In this document: piece by piece, positions 29,236-39,058 of the stretch
How positions within the stretch are numbered: position 1 is the first letter of the stretch
Layout: the number at the start of each line of letters is the position of its first letter
Assembly (NCBI GenBank): GCA_050949315.1
Contig: JBMNFL010000001.1
Location: 160,001-224,000 of the forward strand
From: Bacilli bacterium
GTDB lineage: Bacteria; Bacillota_I; Bacilli_A; RFN20; UBA1709
Length of the DNA: 64,000 nt
Direction: 5' to 3'
Translations under genes and position numbers: made by a program
The notes under the pieces: generated by a model
Seen by the model: only the letters and a program-made list of their open reading frames with translations
Database searches by the model: none
What the model was told of the DNA's origin: nothing

Positions 29236-31644
29236 ATGAAAACTAAGGCTAAAAGAAAAACAATAAAAAAAGAAGATGCTCTGTTACTTTGGTTTGATGA
29301 AATTGAGCGCGACGACGTCGCAATTGTCGGCGGAAAATCTTCTTCCTTAGGTGAGATGACCTCAAAGACTGATGTTCCAGTTCCCTATGGTTTTGCCACG
29401 ACCGCCAAAGCCTATCGCCTCTTTATTGAGCAGAACGGTCTCCATCAGCGGATGAAAGATACGATGGCCGAGCTCACGGATATTGAAGATAGTGAGCAGT
29501 TGAGCAAAGTCTGTTCCCAATTACGAAAATTGATTGTGGAAGAAGATATGCCCGAAGAATTAGAAAAGGCTATCACTGAGGCTTACGAAGAATTAGGTAG
29601 AAAGGTCGGGGAGAAAAATCCGGCGGTGGCTGTACGTTCAAGCGCGACAGCTGAAGATCTACCTGATGCGAGTTTTGCTGGACAGCAGGATTCCTATCTC
29701 AACATCAGTGGGGCGAAGAAAGTTGTCCAAAAAGTTAAAGAATGTTACGCCTCTTGCTTTACCGATCGAGCGGTTTATTACCGAGAGAAACAGGGTTATA
29801 AACACCTTGATGTAGCCTTGAGTGCGGCTGTGCAGATGATGGTTTTCTCAGCAGCTTCGGGTGTGATGTTTTCTTTAAACGTCACCAATGGCGATGATAA
29901 TGAAATTTTTATTGAAGCCGCCTATGGCTTAGGTGAATATGTTGTTCAGGGGACAGTGACCCCCGATAACTATCAAGTTAATAAAAAGACGGGCAACATT
30001 GATGTCTGTGGTGTCTGTAGTCAAGAGATTATGTTGGTGCGTAAAAAAGACGGTGAATGTGAAGAACAACCTGTACCAATGGATAAGCGTTTCGCTCAGG
30101 TGTTAACAGATGCCCAAATTAAAGAATTAGCCGGCTATGCTTTAAAGATAGAAAAGCACTATGGCATTTATATGGATATGGAGTGGGCCGTTGATGAACG
30201 CGATGGTCGTATTTGGTTGCTCCAAGCGCGTCCGGAAACTGTTTGGTCAAAACGGAAAAAAGAAGCCGAAGCCGGAGCAGCAGTTACTGGGGATAATAAG
30301 GTTATAGTTAAAGGTTTATCGGCCTCGCCAGGTAGAGTTACCGGTAAAGCCCATGTAATTAAAAATGTCAAGGATATTGGCGAATTTAAAGATGGCGAGA
30401 TTTTAGTTACCGAAATGACGGCCCCTGATTGGGTGCCGGCCATGAAAAAGGCTAAGGCCATCGTAACCAACTCTGGTGGTATTACTTGCCACGCTTCTAT
30501 CGTTTCGCGGGAGTTAGGGATTCCCTGTGTCGTTGGTACAAAGAGTAAAGGACCAGCGGCAACTGATGTTATTCAAGATGGTTGCATTATTTCAGTTGAT
30601 GCGACTAATGGTGTGGTATATGAAGGTATCGTGCGCTTTGCAGCCCGTAAGGAAGCAACGCCTTCGGTGGCAGGTGGTGGACCAGTCGTGGCTGAAACAT
30701 TCCCAGTTACTGGTACCAAAATTTATATGAATTTAGGTGATCCTTCTCTTGCTGAAAAATACAGTTCGTTACCCTGTGATGGCATTGGTTTAATGCGGGA
30801 AGAGTTTATCTGGACGACCTATATTCATGAACACCCCTTGTACTTATTAAAAATTGGTCAACCCGAGAAAGTTGTCAATCAACTAGCGCAGGGGATGCGC
30901 CAGGTTTGTCAAGCGATGGCGCCTAGACCAGTCACTCTACGCTTTTCTGATTTTAAATCTTCAGAGTATCGGGATTTAAAAGGCGGAGACGAGTTTGAAC
31001 CCTTAGAATCCAGTGCTTTATTAGGTTGGCGTGGTGCCTCACGTTACTACGACCCCAAGTATATTGAGGCCTTTAAGTTAGAAATCGCCGCCGTTAGGAA
31101 GGTAAGAGAAGAGTATGGCTTAAAGAATCTCCATGTGATGATTCCCTTCTGTCGGACGGTTGATGAGTGTCGTAAAGTTACGCAGATTATGGCCGATGAA
31201 GGTTTAAGACGCGGTCCGGATTTCAAAGTTTGGTTGATGGCTGAGATTCCTTCTAATATAATTCTAGCCAAAGAGTTTAACGAGTATGTTGATGGTTATT
31301 CTATCGGTTCCAATGATTTGACGATGTTGACCTTAGGCTGTGATCGCGATAATGAGACAGTTGCTCATATCTATGATGAAAGGAACCTAGCGATTCGTCG
31401 TTTTGTCAAGAAGCTTATCGAAACCGCCCATGCCGCGGGCAAGACAGTATCCATCTGTGGTCAAGCCCCTAGCACTTATCCTGAGTTTGCCGAATTCTTG
31501 GTTCGTTGCGGTATTGATTCCTTGTCTGTCAATCCTGACACAGTTAAATACACTAGAAAAATGGTCGCTCAAGTTGAGCAGCGCCTCATCCTTGATAAAA
31601 TAACAGGAATGGGCCGAGTGCTTGATCGCGACTTAGAGTGGTAA
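29236..31644 (+). CDS. ppsA: Phosphoenolpyruvate synthase (pyruvate,water dikinase)
   Basis: VGGK, VAVRSSATAEDLPDASFAGQQ, TCHASIVSRELG (phospho-His), SIGSNDLT. Start at ATG 29236 after GGAGG. Confidence 0.95.
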   Translation: MKTKAKRKTIKKEDALLLWFDEIERDDVAIVGGKSSSLGEMTSKTDVPVPYGFATTAKAYRLFIEQNGLHQRMKDTMAELTDIEDSEQLSKVCSQLRKLIVEEDMPEELEKAITEAYEELGRKVGEKNPAVAVRSSATAEDLPDASFAGQQDSYLNISGAKKVVQKVKECYASCFTDRAVYYREKQGYKHLDVALSAAVQMMVFSAASGVMFSLNVTNGDDNEIFIEAAYGLGEYVVQGTVTPDNYQVNKKTGNIDVCGVCSQEIMLVRKKDGECEEQPVPMDKRFAQVLTDAQIKELAGYALKIEKHYGIYMDMEWAVDERDGRIWLLQARPETVWSKRKKEAEAGAAVTGDNKVIVKGLSASPGRVTGKAHVIKNVKDIGEFKDGEILVTEMTAPDWVPAMKKAKAIVTNSGGITCHASIVSRELGIPCVVGTKSKGPAATDVIQDGCIISVDATNGVVYEGIVRFAARKEATPSVAGGGPVVAETFPVTGTKIYMNLGDPSLAEKYSSLPCDGIGLMREEFIWTTYIHEHPLYLLKIGQPEKVVNQLAQGMRQVCQAMAPRPVTLRFSDFKSSEYRDLKGGDEFEPLESSALLGWRGASRYYDPKYIEAFKLEIAAVRKVREEYGLKNLHVMIPFCRTVDECRKVTQIMADEGLRRGPDFKVWLMAEIPSNIILAKEFNEYVDGYSIGSNDLTMLTLGCDRDNETVAHIYDERNLAIRRFVKKLIETAHAAGKTVSICGQAPSTYPEFAEFLVRCGIDSLSVNPDTVKYTRKMVAQVEQRLILDKITGMGRVLDRDLEW

Positions 31645-31667
31645 TAAGTAGGTAAGGAGGCAAGTAC

Positions 31668-32036
31668 ATGCAATATTTTCGTTGTAGCCACTGTGGCAAT
31701 TTGGTGGTGTTATTAAAGAATTCAGGCAAAGCCCTTACCTGTTGTGGTGAAGTGATGGAAGAATTAATCCCTAATACTACCGAGGCGTCTTTTGATAAGC
31801 ATGTAGCGGTTGTGACCCTTGAAGGGAAACTGGTAGATATTGTGGTGGGTAGTTATGAACACCCGATGTTTGAAGATCACTATATCGAGTGGATCAGCAT
31901 AGAGACAAGTCTAGCGGTCTATCGTTACCATTTGAGTCCCAATATGAAACCTAGGGTGCAGTTCTTCTTACAAAATGGGGAAGAATTAAGGGCGGTTAAT
32001 GCTTATTGTAATTTACATGGTCTTTGGGCCTGTTAA
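31668..32036 (+). CDS. dfx: Desulfoferrodoxin (2Fe superoxide reductase)
   Basis: CSHCGN...CCG, KH, HPM...HYIEW, CNLHGLW. Confidence 0.93.
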   Translation: MQYFRCSHCGNLVVLLKNSGKALTCCGEVMEELIPNTTEASFDKHVAVVTLEGKLVDIVVGSYEHPMFEDHYIEWISIETSLAVYRYHLSPNMKPRVQFFLQNGEELRAVNAYCNLHGLWAC

Positions 32037-32062
32037 GAACAATTTAAAAAACGATTTTTATT

Positions 32063-32087
32063 AAACCCGTTTGGTAAACGGGTTTTT
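32063..32087 (+). terminator. Terminator after ppsA-dfx
   Basis: AAACCCGTTT-GGT-AAACGGGTTT followed by T residues. Confidence 0.85.
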
Positions 32088-32109
32088 AAATTTTAAGTGA
32101 CAGATTTTT

Positions 32110-32138
32110 TTGACAATTAATAAGGCCTTTGTTATAAT
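32110..32138 (+). promoter_or_regulatory. Consensus sigma-A promoter
   Basis: TTGACA-17bp-TATAAT. Confidence 0.85.
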
Positions 32139-32164
32139 ACTGCCGAAAAAGAGGTGGTTGCCTA

Positions 32165-33178
32165 GTGGAAGGCGATGGGAGTAGTATACGCTGGTTCCTG
32201 TACATCGTTCTAGGTTTATTGGTCTTGTTAGGTGGCCTTTTTGCTGCCGCCGAGACCGCCTATGCTTACTGTAATAAAACACGCTTTAAAACAAGAGCTG
32301 AAAATAATGATCGCTCGGCCAAGAGAGTCCAATTTATTTTGGATCATTTTGATAATGCTTTGACTACTGTTTTAATAGGTACCAATATTTGTCACATTGT
32401 TCTATCGACTTTAGCGACGGTTTTAGCGATTGCTATTATGGGTGAGATAGGTTCTTTAGTGGCCACCATTACCGTTACCATCGTGGTTTTCTTATTTAGT
32501 GAAATCCTACCAAAAAATATTGCGCGGGCCAATGCTGACAAACTAGCAGAATTTTTGGCAGTTCCTTTAAAGGCCTTGATTTATTTATTTAAACCCTTAG
32601 CTCTTATTCTCATCAGTCCCTTTAATTGGTTACTAAATAAAATAGTTAAGGATGAAGATTTAGATTATACCGAGGAGGATTTACAGGCCATTGTGGAAAC
32701 CATTGAAGAAGAGGGCGTTTTGGATGAAGATGAAAGTCATCTTATCCAATCGGCCATTGAATTTGATGATGTTCCCGTAACGGCTGTTTATACCCCCTTA
32801 GATAAGTTAGTGGCGATTGATGCCAATACTGGGCGAGAAGAGGTTATCAATTTACTTTTATCAGAAAATAGATACTCCCGAATTCCCGTTTACCGCGATA
32901 ATTTAGAAAATATTATCGGTATTTTACATGTCCGTACTTGCTTAAAGGAGTTATTAATTCGGCCAAATATTTCGCTGACATCTCTGATGAGCAAGCCTTA
33001 TACTGTAAGTCCTACTACTAAACTCGATGACCTTTTAGAGGGCTTTAGTAGCAAGAAAACCCACATGGCGGTGGTTATACATAAAAATAAAACCCTAGGC
33101 ATTATCACTATGGATGATGTTTTAAGAGAACTGATCGGTGATATTTTAGAGCCAACTGAAGAAGGTGAGAAGCAATGA
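32165..33178 (+). CDS. CNNM/CorB (DUF21+CBS) hemolysin-family Mg transporter-like protein, short form
   Basis: FAAAETAY, SEILPK, YSRIPVY, GIITMDDVLRELIGDI; ends without a CorC_HlyC domain. Confidence 0.9.
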   Translation: MEGDGSSIRWFLYIVLGLLVLLGGLFAAAETAYAYCNKTRFKTRAENNDRSAKRVQFILDHFDNALTTVLIGTNICHIVLSTLATVLAIAIMGEIGSLVATITVTIVVFLFSEILPKNIARANADKLAEFLAVPLKALIYLFKPLALILISPFNWLLNKIVKDEDLDYTEEDLQAIVETIEEEGVLDEDESHLIQSAIEFDDVPVTAVYTPLDKLVAIDANTGREEVINLLLSENRYSRIPVYRDNLENIIGILHVRTCLKELLIRPNISLTSLMSKPYTVSPTTKLDDLLEGFSSKKTHMAVVIHKNKTLGIITMDDVLRELIGDILEPTEEGEKQ

Positions 33179-34446
33179 AAGATGTTATCTTAATCATTAG
33201 TTTGCTCTTGCTTTTATTATTATCAGCGTTCTTTTCAGGTAGTGAGATTGCCTATGCCAGTTGTAATAAAATCCGTTTAAAGAATAATGCTGAGAAAAAA
33301 GTAAGGAATGCTGTTTTAGCCTACAGGATTTCTAATGACTTCCCCACGATGATTTCGGCGATTTTACTGGGGAATAATCTAGTTAATATTGCCGCTTCTT
33401 CTATTGCAACCTTGCTCTTTGCAGCTTATTATGGTCCTAAACTTGGCCCAACTTTAGCGGTAATTGTCATGACCGTTTTAATCTTACTCCTCGGAGAGAT
33501 CCTACCGAAGTTATTTGCCAAAAGAAAAGCTAATGCTTTGGTTTACATTTTAGCCAAACCGCTACGTTTCTTCTGTATTATTTTTAAACCCTTGGCTTGG
33601 GTGGTAACAAAATTAGTTGAATTGATTTCACCCTTGTGGAGCAGTAAAGAAAAAATCCCCTCGGTTACCGATGAGGAATTAGTGAATATTGTAGAGACGA
33701 TTGAGGATGAAGGGGTAATTGATGAACACAAGAGTGACCTTATCATCTCGGCTATTCGTTTTTCCGATGTTGATGCCTATGAGATCATGGTTCCGCGGGT
33801 GGATGTCGTAGCATTAGATATTGAAGATGCTCTTGAAAAGCTGGTTCCTAACAGTGAGTATCTCAATTATTCATATTTACCCATCTACGAAGGAACGATT
33901 GATAATATCCTAGGTATCATCAGTACCAAAGAGATTATGCGCTTATTGATCAAAAAAGAGGCCATTGATGTGAAAGCCCTGTTAATTGAGCCTTTATATG
34001 TTCATAGGACCAAGGCGATTGATGAATTAATCAAGGAAATGGATAGCAGCAAAATTCATATGGCGATTGTCGTCGATGAATTTGGCGGTTTTGATGGCAT
34101 TGTCACATCTGAAGATATTTTAGAAGAGTTGGTTGGGGAAATTTGGGACGAAAAGGATAAAGTTGAGTTGGAATATATTGAAAAAGAAGAGGGTATTTAT
34201 ATTGTTGATGGTGATATGAATATCTATGATTTCTTTGAACTTGTCGGTTTAAATAGTTATGACTTTAGTTCTGAATATGCGACAGTAGGTGGTTGGGTTA
34301 CCGAAGTTTTAGAACGCTTCCCTGCTGAGAAAGATCAGTTTGAATATAAGAATCTGCTTATCACTGTTTTAGCGGTTGATGATGTGCGGGTAGAAAAAAT
34401 CAGGGCTGAAGTCAAGTCTGAAAATAATCAAAATAAAGAAGAATAA
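33175..34446 (+). CDS. CNNM/CorB (DUF21+CBS+CorC) hemolysin-family protein
   Basis: FFSGSEIA, GEILPK, VVDEFGG, EDILEELVGEIWDE, C-terminal YATVGGW domain. Confidence 0.92.
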   Translation: MKDVILIISLLLLLLLSAFFSGSEIAYASCNKIRLKNNAEKKVRNAVLAYRISNDFPTMISAILLGNNLVNIAASSIATLLFAAYYGPKLGPTLAVIVMTVLILLLGEILPKLFAKRKANALVYILAKPLRFFCIIFKPLAWVVTKLVELISPLWSSKEKIPSVTDEELVNIVETIEDEGVIDEHKSDLIISAIRFSDVDAYEIMVPRVDVVALDIEDALEKLVPNSEYLNYSYLPIYEGTIDNILGIISTKEIMRLLIKKEAIDVKALLIEPLYVHRTKAIDELIKEMDSSKIHMAIVVDEFGGFDGIVTSEDILEELVGEIWDEKDKVELEYIEKEEGIYIVDGDMNIYDFFELVGLNSYDFSSEYATVGGWVTEVLERFPAEKDQFEYKNLLITVLAVDDVRVEKIRAEVKSENNQNKEE

Positions 34447-34470
34447 AAGATGTCTACAGACATCTTTTTA
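34445..34470. terminator. Bidirectional terminator
   Basis: AAAAGATGTCT-AC-AGACATCTTTT between convergent genes. Confidence 0.75.
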
Positions 34471-35193
34471 TTTACGAATAGCTGGGTGTTTTCTTCTATC
34501 AATTAGGAGAATTAAACTATAAACTATCGCCCCGAGTAAGGCCATGGCTAAGTCTAGTATCGTATCGGTAAGACCTAAGTCAAGATAGCCAGGTAAAAAG
34601 CGACCATTAATACTGACAATAACAATATCTTCAATGCTACCAACGGTTTTGCCGTCCCCTAGGAAATAGGAATGAATGCTATTGACCCAGCAATCTTTTT
34701 GCATATCGGTTTTAAGCAAGTGGTCACAGCCGTACTCGATAAATTCCCAAAGCACCGAAAGGGCAAGAGCCATTGAAATACCAAAAAAGAGTTTAACGAG
34801 AATAGTTGATTTATTAGGTTTATTTAAGAAATCCATAAAGTAGGTAGCTAAAAGGGCGATGGTAAAACCGCCACAGGCGTGAAGCATACTATCCCACCAA
34901 AAAAACTCATCATAAAACCTGTAACTATGGCCTAGTAAAACAGCGACCATATAAAGGCTTAAGAAAAGATAGAAGGGATAACTAAGACGGCGCTTAGTAA
35001 CAAGTTCTATCAAACTAGGAAACAAAGCTAAGAAAAGATAGATAATGGCTAGGAGCAAACGGTCAACTGAAGCGTTTAAGGCTAGATAGACAATAGAGAA
35101 GAGAGCAAAGGCTTCCGTTAGTCCTAGTAGAATTAAGCGAAAGTAGAATTCTTTTTTTGTTAAACTCTTATAATATTTTTTCATGTTCATCAC
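34468..35193 (-). CDS. Membrane protein (DUF2238/YjdF-like)
   Basis: FYDEFFWWDSMLH, LWEFIEY, DTILDL motifs; multiple TM segments. Confidence 0.75.
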   Translation of the reverse strand: MMNMKKYYKSLTKKEFYFRLILLGLTEAFALFSIVYLALNASVDRLLLAIIYLFLALFPSLIELVTKRRLSYPFYLFLSLYMVAVLLGHSYRFYDEFFWWDSMLHACGGFTIALLATYFMDFLNKPNKSTILVKLFFGISMALALSVLWEFIEYGCDHLLKTDMQKDCWVNSIHSYFLGDGKTVGSIEDIVIVSINGRFLPGYLDLGLTDTILDLAMALLGAIVYSLILLIDRRKHPAIRK

Positions 35194-35273
35194 CGAAACT
35201 AGTTTATTCTATGTGTAAGAAAAGTGCAAGCAGATTAAAGTGTAAAAAGGTTGAAATTTTAAGGAATAAAGGC

Positions 35274-35302
35274 TTGACTATCTAGAAGTATAATGTTATA
35301 TT
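35274..35302 (+). promoter_or_regulatory. sigma-A promoter of the infC operon
   Basis: TTGACT-17bp-TATATT with TG extension. Confidence 0.65.
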
Positions 35303-35328
35303 AAATGAGCAAAAACGAAGAGTTGTGA

Positions 35329-35433
35329 AAAGTAGAGGCACCCGCTTCTCACCTGATTGCGCATAGCTTTGGGTAAATGGTCATAGCAGTATTATGATTG
35401 AATATGTACGGGTGCACAGCACTCGTTTTTCTT
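35329..35433 (+). promoter_or_regulatory. L20 leader (autoregulatory RNA)
   Basis: AAGTAGAGGCACCCGCTTCTCACC...CGGGTGC...CTCGTTTTT upstream of infC-rpmI-rplT. Confidence 0.85.
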
Positions 35434-35456
35434 TAAATTTTTAGGAGGTGTCGCTT

Positions 35457-36014
35457 ATCTTATCAGCAGGATATGGTCCTTACAACCAAAAACCCGTTAG
35501 GGAAAATGAAGATCTCGTTAATAATTTAATTCGTTTCCCCGAGGTGCTTTTGATTGACAGCAATGGTCAATCACTAGGCATCAAAAGTCGAAATGAAGCT
35601 TTGAGAATTGCGGAAGAAGCTAATTTAGATTTACTTTGTGTGGCGCCAATGGCTAAACCACCAGTTTGCAAGATTGTCGACTATGGTAAATATCGCTTTG
35701 AGCAGCAAAAGAAAGCGCGAGAAATCAAGAAAAAACAAAAGATTATCGAAACTAAAGAGGTGCGTTTCACACCTCAAACGGATAAACACGACCTTGAAGT
35801 CAAGGCTAGGGCCGCCATTGAGTGGCTACAGGCGGGCAATCGGGTCAAAGTAACTGTGCGTTTTAGAGGGCGACAACTGTCGCATTTAGAAATTGGTGAA
35901 GAGAATCTTCAAAACTTCATTGAATTAGTTAAGGATTATGCGATTGTTGAAAAGAACCCTACCGTTGAAGGCCGCAATATGTTTGCCTTCCTCGGACCTA
36001 AAAAGGACAAATAG
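35457..36014 (+). CDS. infC: Translation initiation factor IF-3 (probable ATC start)
   Basis: [34 protein letters not shown] at 35443-35448, then ATC 8 nt downstream. Confidence 0.97.
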   Translation: MLSAGYGPYNQKPVRENEDLVNNLIRFPEVLLIDSNGQSLGIKSRNEALRIAEEANLDLLCVAPMAKPPVCKIVDYGKYRFEQQKKAREIKKKQKIIETKEVRFTPQTDKHDLEVKARAAIEWLQAGNRVKVTVRFRGRQLSHLEIGEENLQNFIELVKDYAIVEKNPTVEGRNMFAFLGPKKDK

Positions 36015-36028
36015 GAGGAGTATTTATT

Positions 36029-36229
36029 ATGCCCAAAATGAAAACTAAAAAGGCCGCTGCCAAACGTTTTAAGATTACTGGCACGGGCAAGTTAATGCGT
36101 AAACGGGCCTATAGGCAACACGATGCCTGGGCCAAGAGCAAAAAGCAAAGAAGGCAGGCAGCGAAATCTGTTCGCCTGCACAAAAGCGATCAGAAGAGAT
36201 CTAAAAAACTCTTCCCTGGTCAACTTTAA
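36029..36229 (+). CDS. rpmI: 50S ribosomal protein L35
   Basis: [21 protein letters not shown]. Confidence 0.98.
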   Translation: MPKMKTKKAAAKRFKITGTGKLMRKRAYRQHDAWAKSKKQRRQAAKSVRLHKSDQKRSKKLFPGQL

Positions 36230-36245
36230 AAGGGAGGAATGAAAT

Positions 36246-36605
36246 ATGGCAAGAGTAAAACGTGGTTACAGTACCCGGCGTTATCGCAATAAAGTTTTAA
36301 AATTAGCTCGGGGCTACTTTGGTTCTAGACATCGTCTTTTTAGGACCGCTAATCAATCGGTGATGCGGGCTTGGTCTTACGCATACCGCGATCGTCGTAC
36401 TAAGAAGAGAGATTTTAGAAAACTTTGGATCACTAGAATTAATGCGGCCTGCAATCAATTAGGTCTTTCCTACAGTCAGTTCATGCATGGCTTGAAGTTA
36501 GCCAAGGTCGATATCAATCGCAAGATGTTAGCCGAGTTAGCCATTCACGATAGTCCGACTTTCACTCAGTTAGTCGATAGTGCGAAGAAGGCTTTAGCTA
36601 AGTAA
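36246..36605 (+). CDS. rplT: 50S ribosomal protein L20
   Basis: [31 protein letters not shown]. Confidence 0.99.
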   Translation: MARVKRGYSTRRYRNKVLKLARGYFGSRHRLFRTANQSVMRAWSYAYRDRRTKKRDFRKLWITRINAACNQLGLSYSQFMHGLKLAKVDINRKMLAELAIHDSPTFTQLVDSAKKALAK

Positions 36606-36607
36606 AG

Positions 36608-36639
36608 AGAGGTTGGTAATAGTTACCGACCTTTTTTTT
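36608..36639 (+). terminator. Terminator after rplT
   Basis: AGGTTGGTAA-TAG-TTACCGACCT followed by a T-run. Confidence 0.8.
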
Positions 36640-36695
36640 ATCTAGTAAAAAGATGGGAATAATGTTAAAATTAAAAGCAAATTGGAGGGATAGTT

Positions 36696-37184
36696 ATGGA
36701 GTTTTCGGACTTATATTCTTTACAGGAAGGCTTGGATCGGGAAATCCATCAAAAGCATGAGACTAATTATCGAAAGACCATGAGTAGGCGTATCTTGGCT
36801 TTCATTATCGAATTAGGGGAATTTGCCAATGAAACGCGTTGCTTTAAATATTGGAGTTTAAAAGGACCATCCAAGAAGGAATGTATTCTTGAAGAATATG
36901 TTGATGCCTTACATTTTCTTTTATCGTTAGGACTAGCCATCGGCTATGAGCGTAGCACAAGTTTTAAAGTTGAGGTTACGACTAAAGATTTAAGTGAAGC
37001 GATTTTAGGCTGCTATGAACAAGCCCTTTACTTTAAAAATAACATTTCTTTTTCAGCCTATAGAAAGCTGTTTGAAAGCTTTTTAGCCATCGCCCTCTTA
37101 CTAGATTTTAAAGAAGAGGAGATAAAGAGTGCTTACTATCAAAAAAATCAAGTCAATCATCAAAGGCAAGCGGAGAATTATTAA
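36696..37184 (+). CDS. Dimeric (all-alpha) dUTP diphosphatase
   Basis: ELGEFANETRCFKYWS, LEEYVDALHF, KNQVNHQRQ. Confidence 0.92.
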   Translation: MEFSDLYSLQEGLDREIHQKHETNYRKTMSRRILAFIIELGEFANETRCFKYWSLKGPSKKECILEEYVDALHFLLSLGLAIGYERSTSFKVEVTTKDLSEAILGCYEQALYFKNNISFSAYRKLFESFLAIALLLDFKEEEIKSAYYQKNQVNHQRQAENY

Positions 37185-37189
37185 AACGG

Positions 37190-37852
37190 ATGGAAAAAAT
37201 CGAACTTAACGGTCAGGTATTTGAATATGAGGTTCTTCGTAAGAAGATTAAAAACATCTATATTCGTTATCGCGACGAGCGTTTTGTAGTTACCGCTCCT
37301 AAAAGAGTAGCCGCAACTGAGATCATTGCCCTTTTTAAAAAGAATGAAGCGAATTTACTGAAGTATATTAAGCGTTTTAATGAGCGCAAGAAATTCAGTT
37401 ATGAAGAGGGGCAGGTAAAGACGATTTTAGGAGAGGAGTATCGTCTTTGTTATGGTACGAAAACTGGTTTAGTTAATCACGATTTATATCTAAATCGCGC
37501 TAATCCCAAGAAAGCCCTTTTAAATTTTGTTAAAGCACCGCTTTTAACTTATTTAGAAAAACGGGTTAGTTATTGGCATTTAAAGATGTATGGGGATCAA
37601 AACATTCCTACTTTAAGGGTCAAAAGTGTTCGCTCTTATTTTGGTCAATATGACTGGAAAAAGCAGGTCATCAGTTTTAATAGCATTCTAGCATTTGCTC
37701 CCTTTGAACTTATTGATTATGTCATTGTCCATGAGTTGTGTCATTTGCGTTATCGTGATCATCAAAAGGAGTTTAAGGCTTTGCTTTATAAGTTTATGCC
37801 TGATTATAAAATCCGTAAGGCCCGTTTAAAAAAGGAGGTTGCAGTTCTGTGA
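37190..37852 (+). CDS. YgjP/DUF45 (M48-like) metal-dependent hydrolase
   Basis: RKKIKNIYIR, IDYVIVHELCHL. Confidence 0.88.
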   Translation: MEKIELNGQVFEYEVLRKKIKNIYIRYRDERFVVTAPKRVAATEIIALFKKNEANLLKYIKRFNERKKFSYEEGQVKTILGEEYRLCYGTKTGLVNHDLYLNRANPKKALLNFVKAPLLTYLEKRVSYWHLKMYGDQNIPTLRVKSVRSYFGQYDWKKQVISFNSILAFAPFELIDYVIVHELCHLRYRDHQKEFKALLYKFMPDYKIRKARLKKEVAVL

Positions 37853-38592
37853 AAATAAGTTCTACTCAAAATGAAATGATTAAGGCGCTTGCTAAATTAA
37901 AAACGAAGAAAGCGCGAGAACAGCAGCAGCGTTTCCTTTTGGAAGATGTGGACCTTTTAAAAGAGGCTTTGGCCTTGAATTTAGTGGAAACTATTTGCTA
38001 TGTGGGGAAGTTCCCATCTTTAGATGGGGTTAAAATGCAGGAAGTTAGTGAGAATGTTTTAAAGAAGCTTTCCACTTTAAAAAGTCCAGGAAACTTTGTG
38101 GCGGTTTGTAAAATGCCAGTAAGTACAAAAGAAGGTAATTATGTCATCGCCTTAGATGGGCTGCAAGATCCAGGGAATGGGGGAACGATTTTAAGAAGTG
38201 CGCTAGCCTTTGGCTTTGAAGAAATATTAATTTCCAGTTCTTCTTTTGATATCTATAATGAAAAATTTATTCGCGCAACTAAAGGGGCTTTTTTCCACTT
38301 ACCAATTAAAAGGTTAGATTTGCTAGAAGAACTTAAAAAAAGAAAGATGGCTGGTTATGAACTCATCGCTTTGATGCCGGATGAGCAGGCAAAGGCTTTA
38401 GCTGATTTAAAGGTAAGTTCAAAAATGGTTATAATTGTTGGTAGTGAAGGTCAAGGGATAAGTAAAGAGATTGCATCCTTAGCTAAGCAAAAGATAGTAA
38501 TTCCCATTGCTAAAAAGATGGAGTCCTTAAATGCGGCGGTGGCCGCGGCTATTAGTATGTATGAGGTGCAGCAAAAAAGGGGTAAAGAATAG
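37849..38592 (+). CDS. TrmH/SpoU family RNA methyltransferase (YsgA-like)
   Basis: LQDPGNGGTILRSA, GSEGQGIS, ESLNAAVA. Confidence 0.93.
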   Translation: MKISSTQNEMIKALAKLKTKKAREQQQRFLLEDVDLLKEALALNLVETICYVGKFPSLDGVKMQEVSENVLKKLSTLKSPGNFVAVCKMPVSTKEGNYVIALDGLQDPGNGGTILRSALAFGFEEILISSSSFDIYNEKFIRATKGAFFHLPIKRLDLLEELKKRKMAGYELIALMPDEQAKALADLKVSSKMVIIVGSEGQGISKEIASLAKQKIVIPIAKKMESLNAAVAAAISMYEVQQKRGKE

Positions 38593-38737
38593 GTTTCAAT
38601 ATTGTTGCTCAAATTCTTTTTTGGTTTAAGTTAAGTTCAAAAAAAGATGCTATAATTTCCATACAATTAGCGTTTTTTTGTTATGATAAATTTGTGTTTT
38701 TGAATATTCGATGATTGGTAAATTGCATCTCAAAAAT

Positions 38738-38939
38738 TGTTCAAATAATGTGAGACAAAATTAATAAAAAAACAGGCATTTTATCTATAATAAAGTTACA
38801 CCAAGATACAACAATTTACCTGTGCTTGTTTTTAATTTTAAAACACCTAATGAAGTGGAACTTGAAAAGTAATTGAATTGGTTCAAACTGCTGGTGAGAC
38901 AAGATGTAAGAAATGTCTCACATCATTTGCAACCTAACA
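38738..38939 (+). mobile_element. Internally deleted (MITE-like) derivative of the IS at 40715-41834
   Basis: About 65 bp match the IS left end (TGAGACAAAATTAATAAAAAAA..GGCAT.TTATCTATAAT), joined directly to about 135 bp matching the right end (...TCTCACATCATTTGCAACCTAACA). Several substitutions; opposite orientation to the full copy. Confidence 0.92.
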
Positions 38940-39058
38940 ATATTTGGATATAAATTAAAAAAACATAAGTTTTACATACACAAAATAAAATTATATGATA
39001 TCATTATAGACGGACTTGTAAGTTTTTATTATCAAATTGCGAAAGGACCTTTCTATAC

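Noticed and set aside
32165-34446. 'Hemolysin' label as a virulence signal
   Set aside because: DUF21/CBS proteins are CNNM/CorB-type metal transport proteins; the name is historical.
38700-38970. Target duplication around the MITE, or a composite transposon with the full IS
   Set aside because: No flanking direct repeat found. The full IS has its own intact TSD, so it inserted independently.
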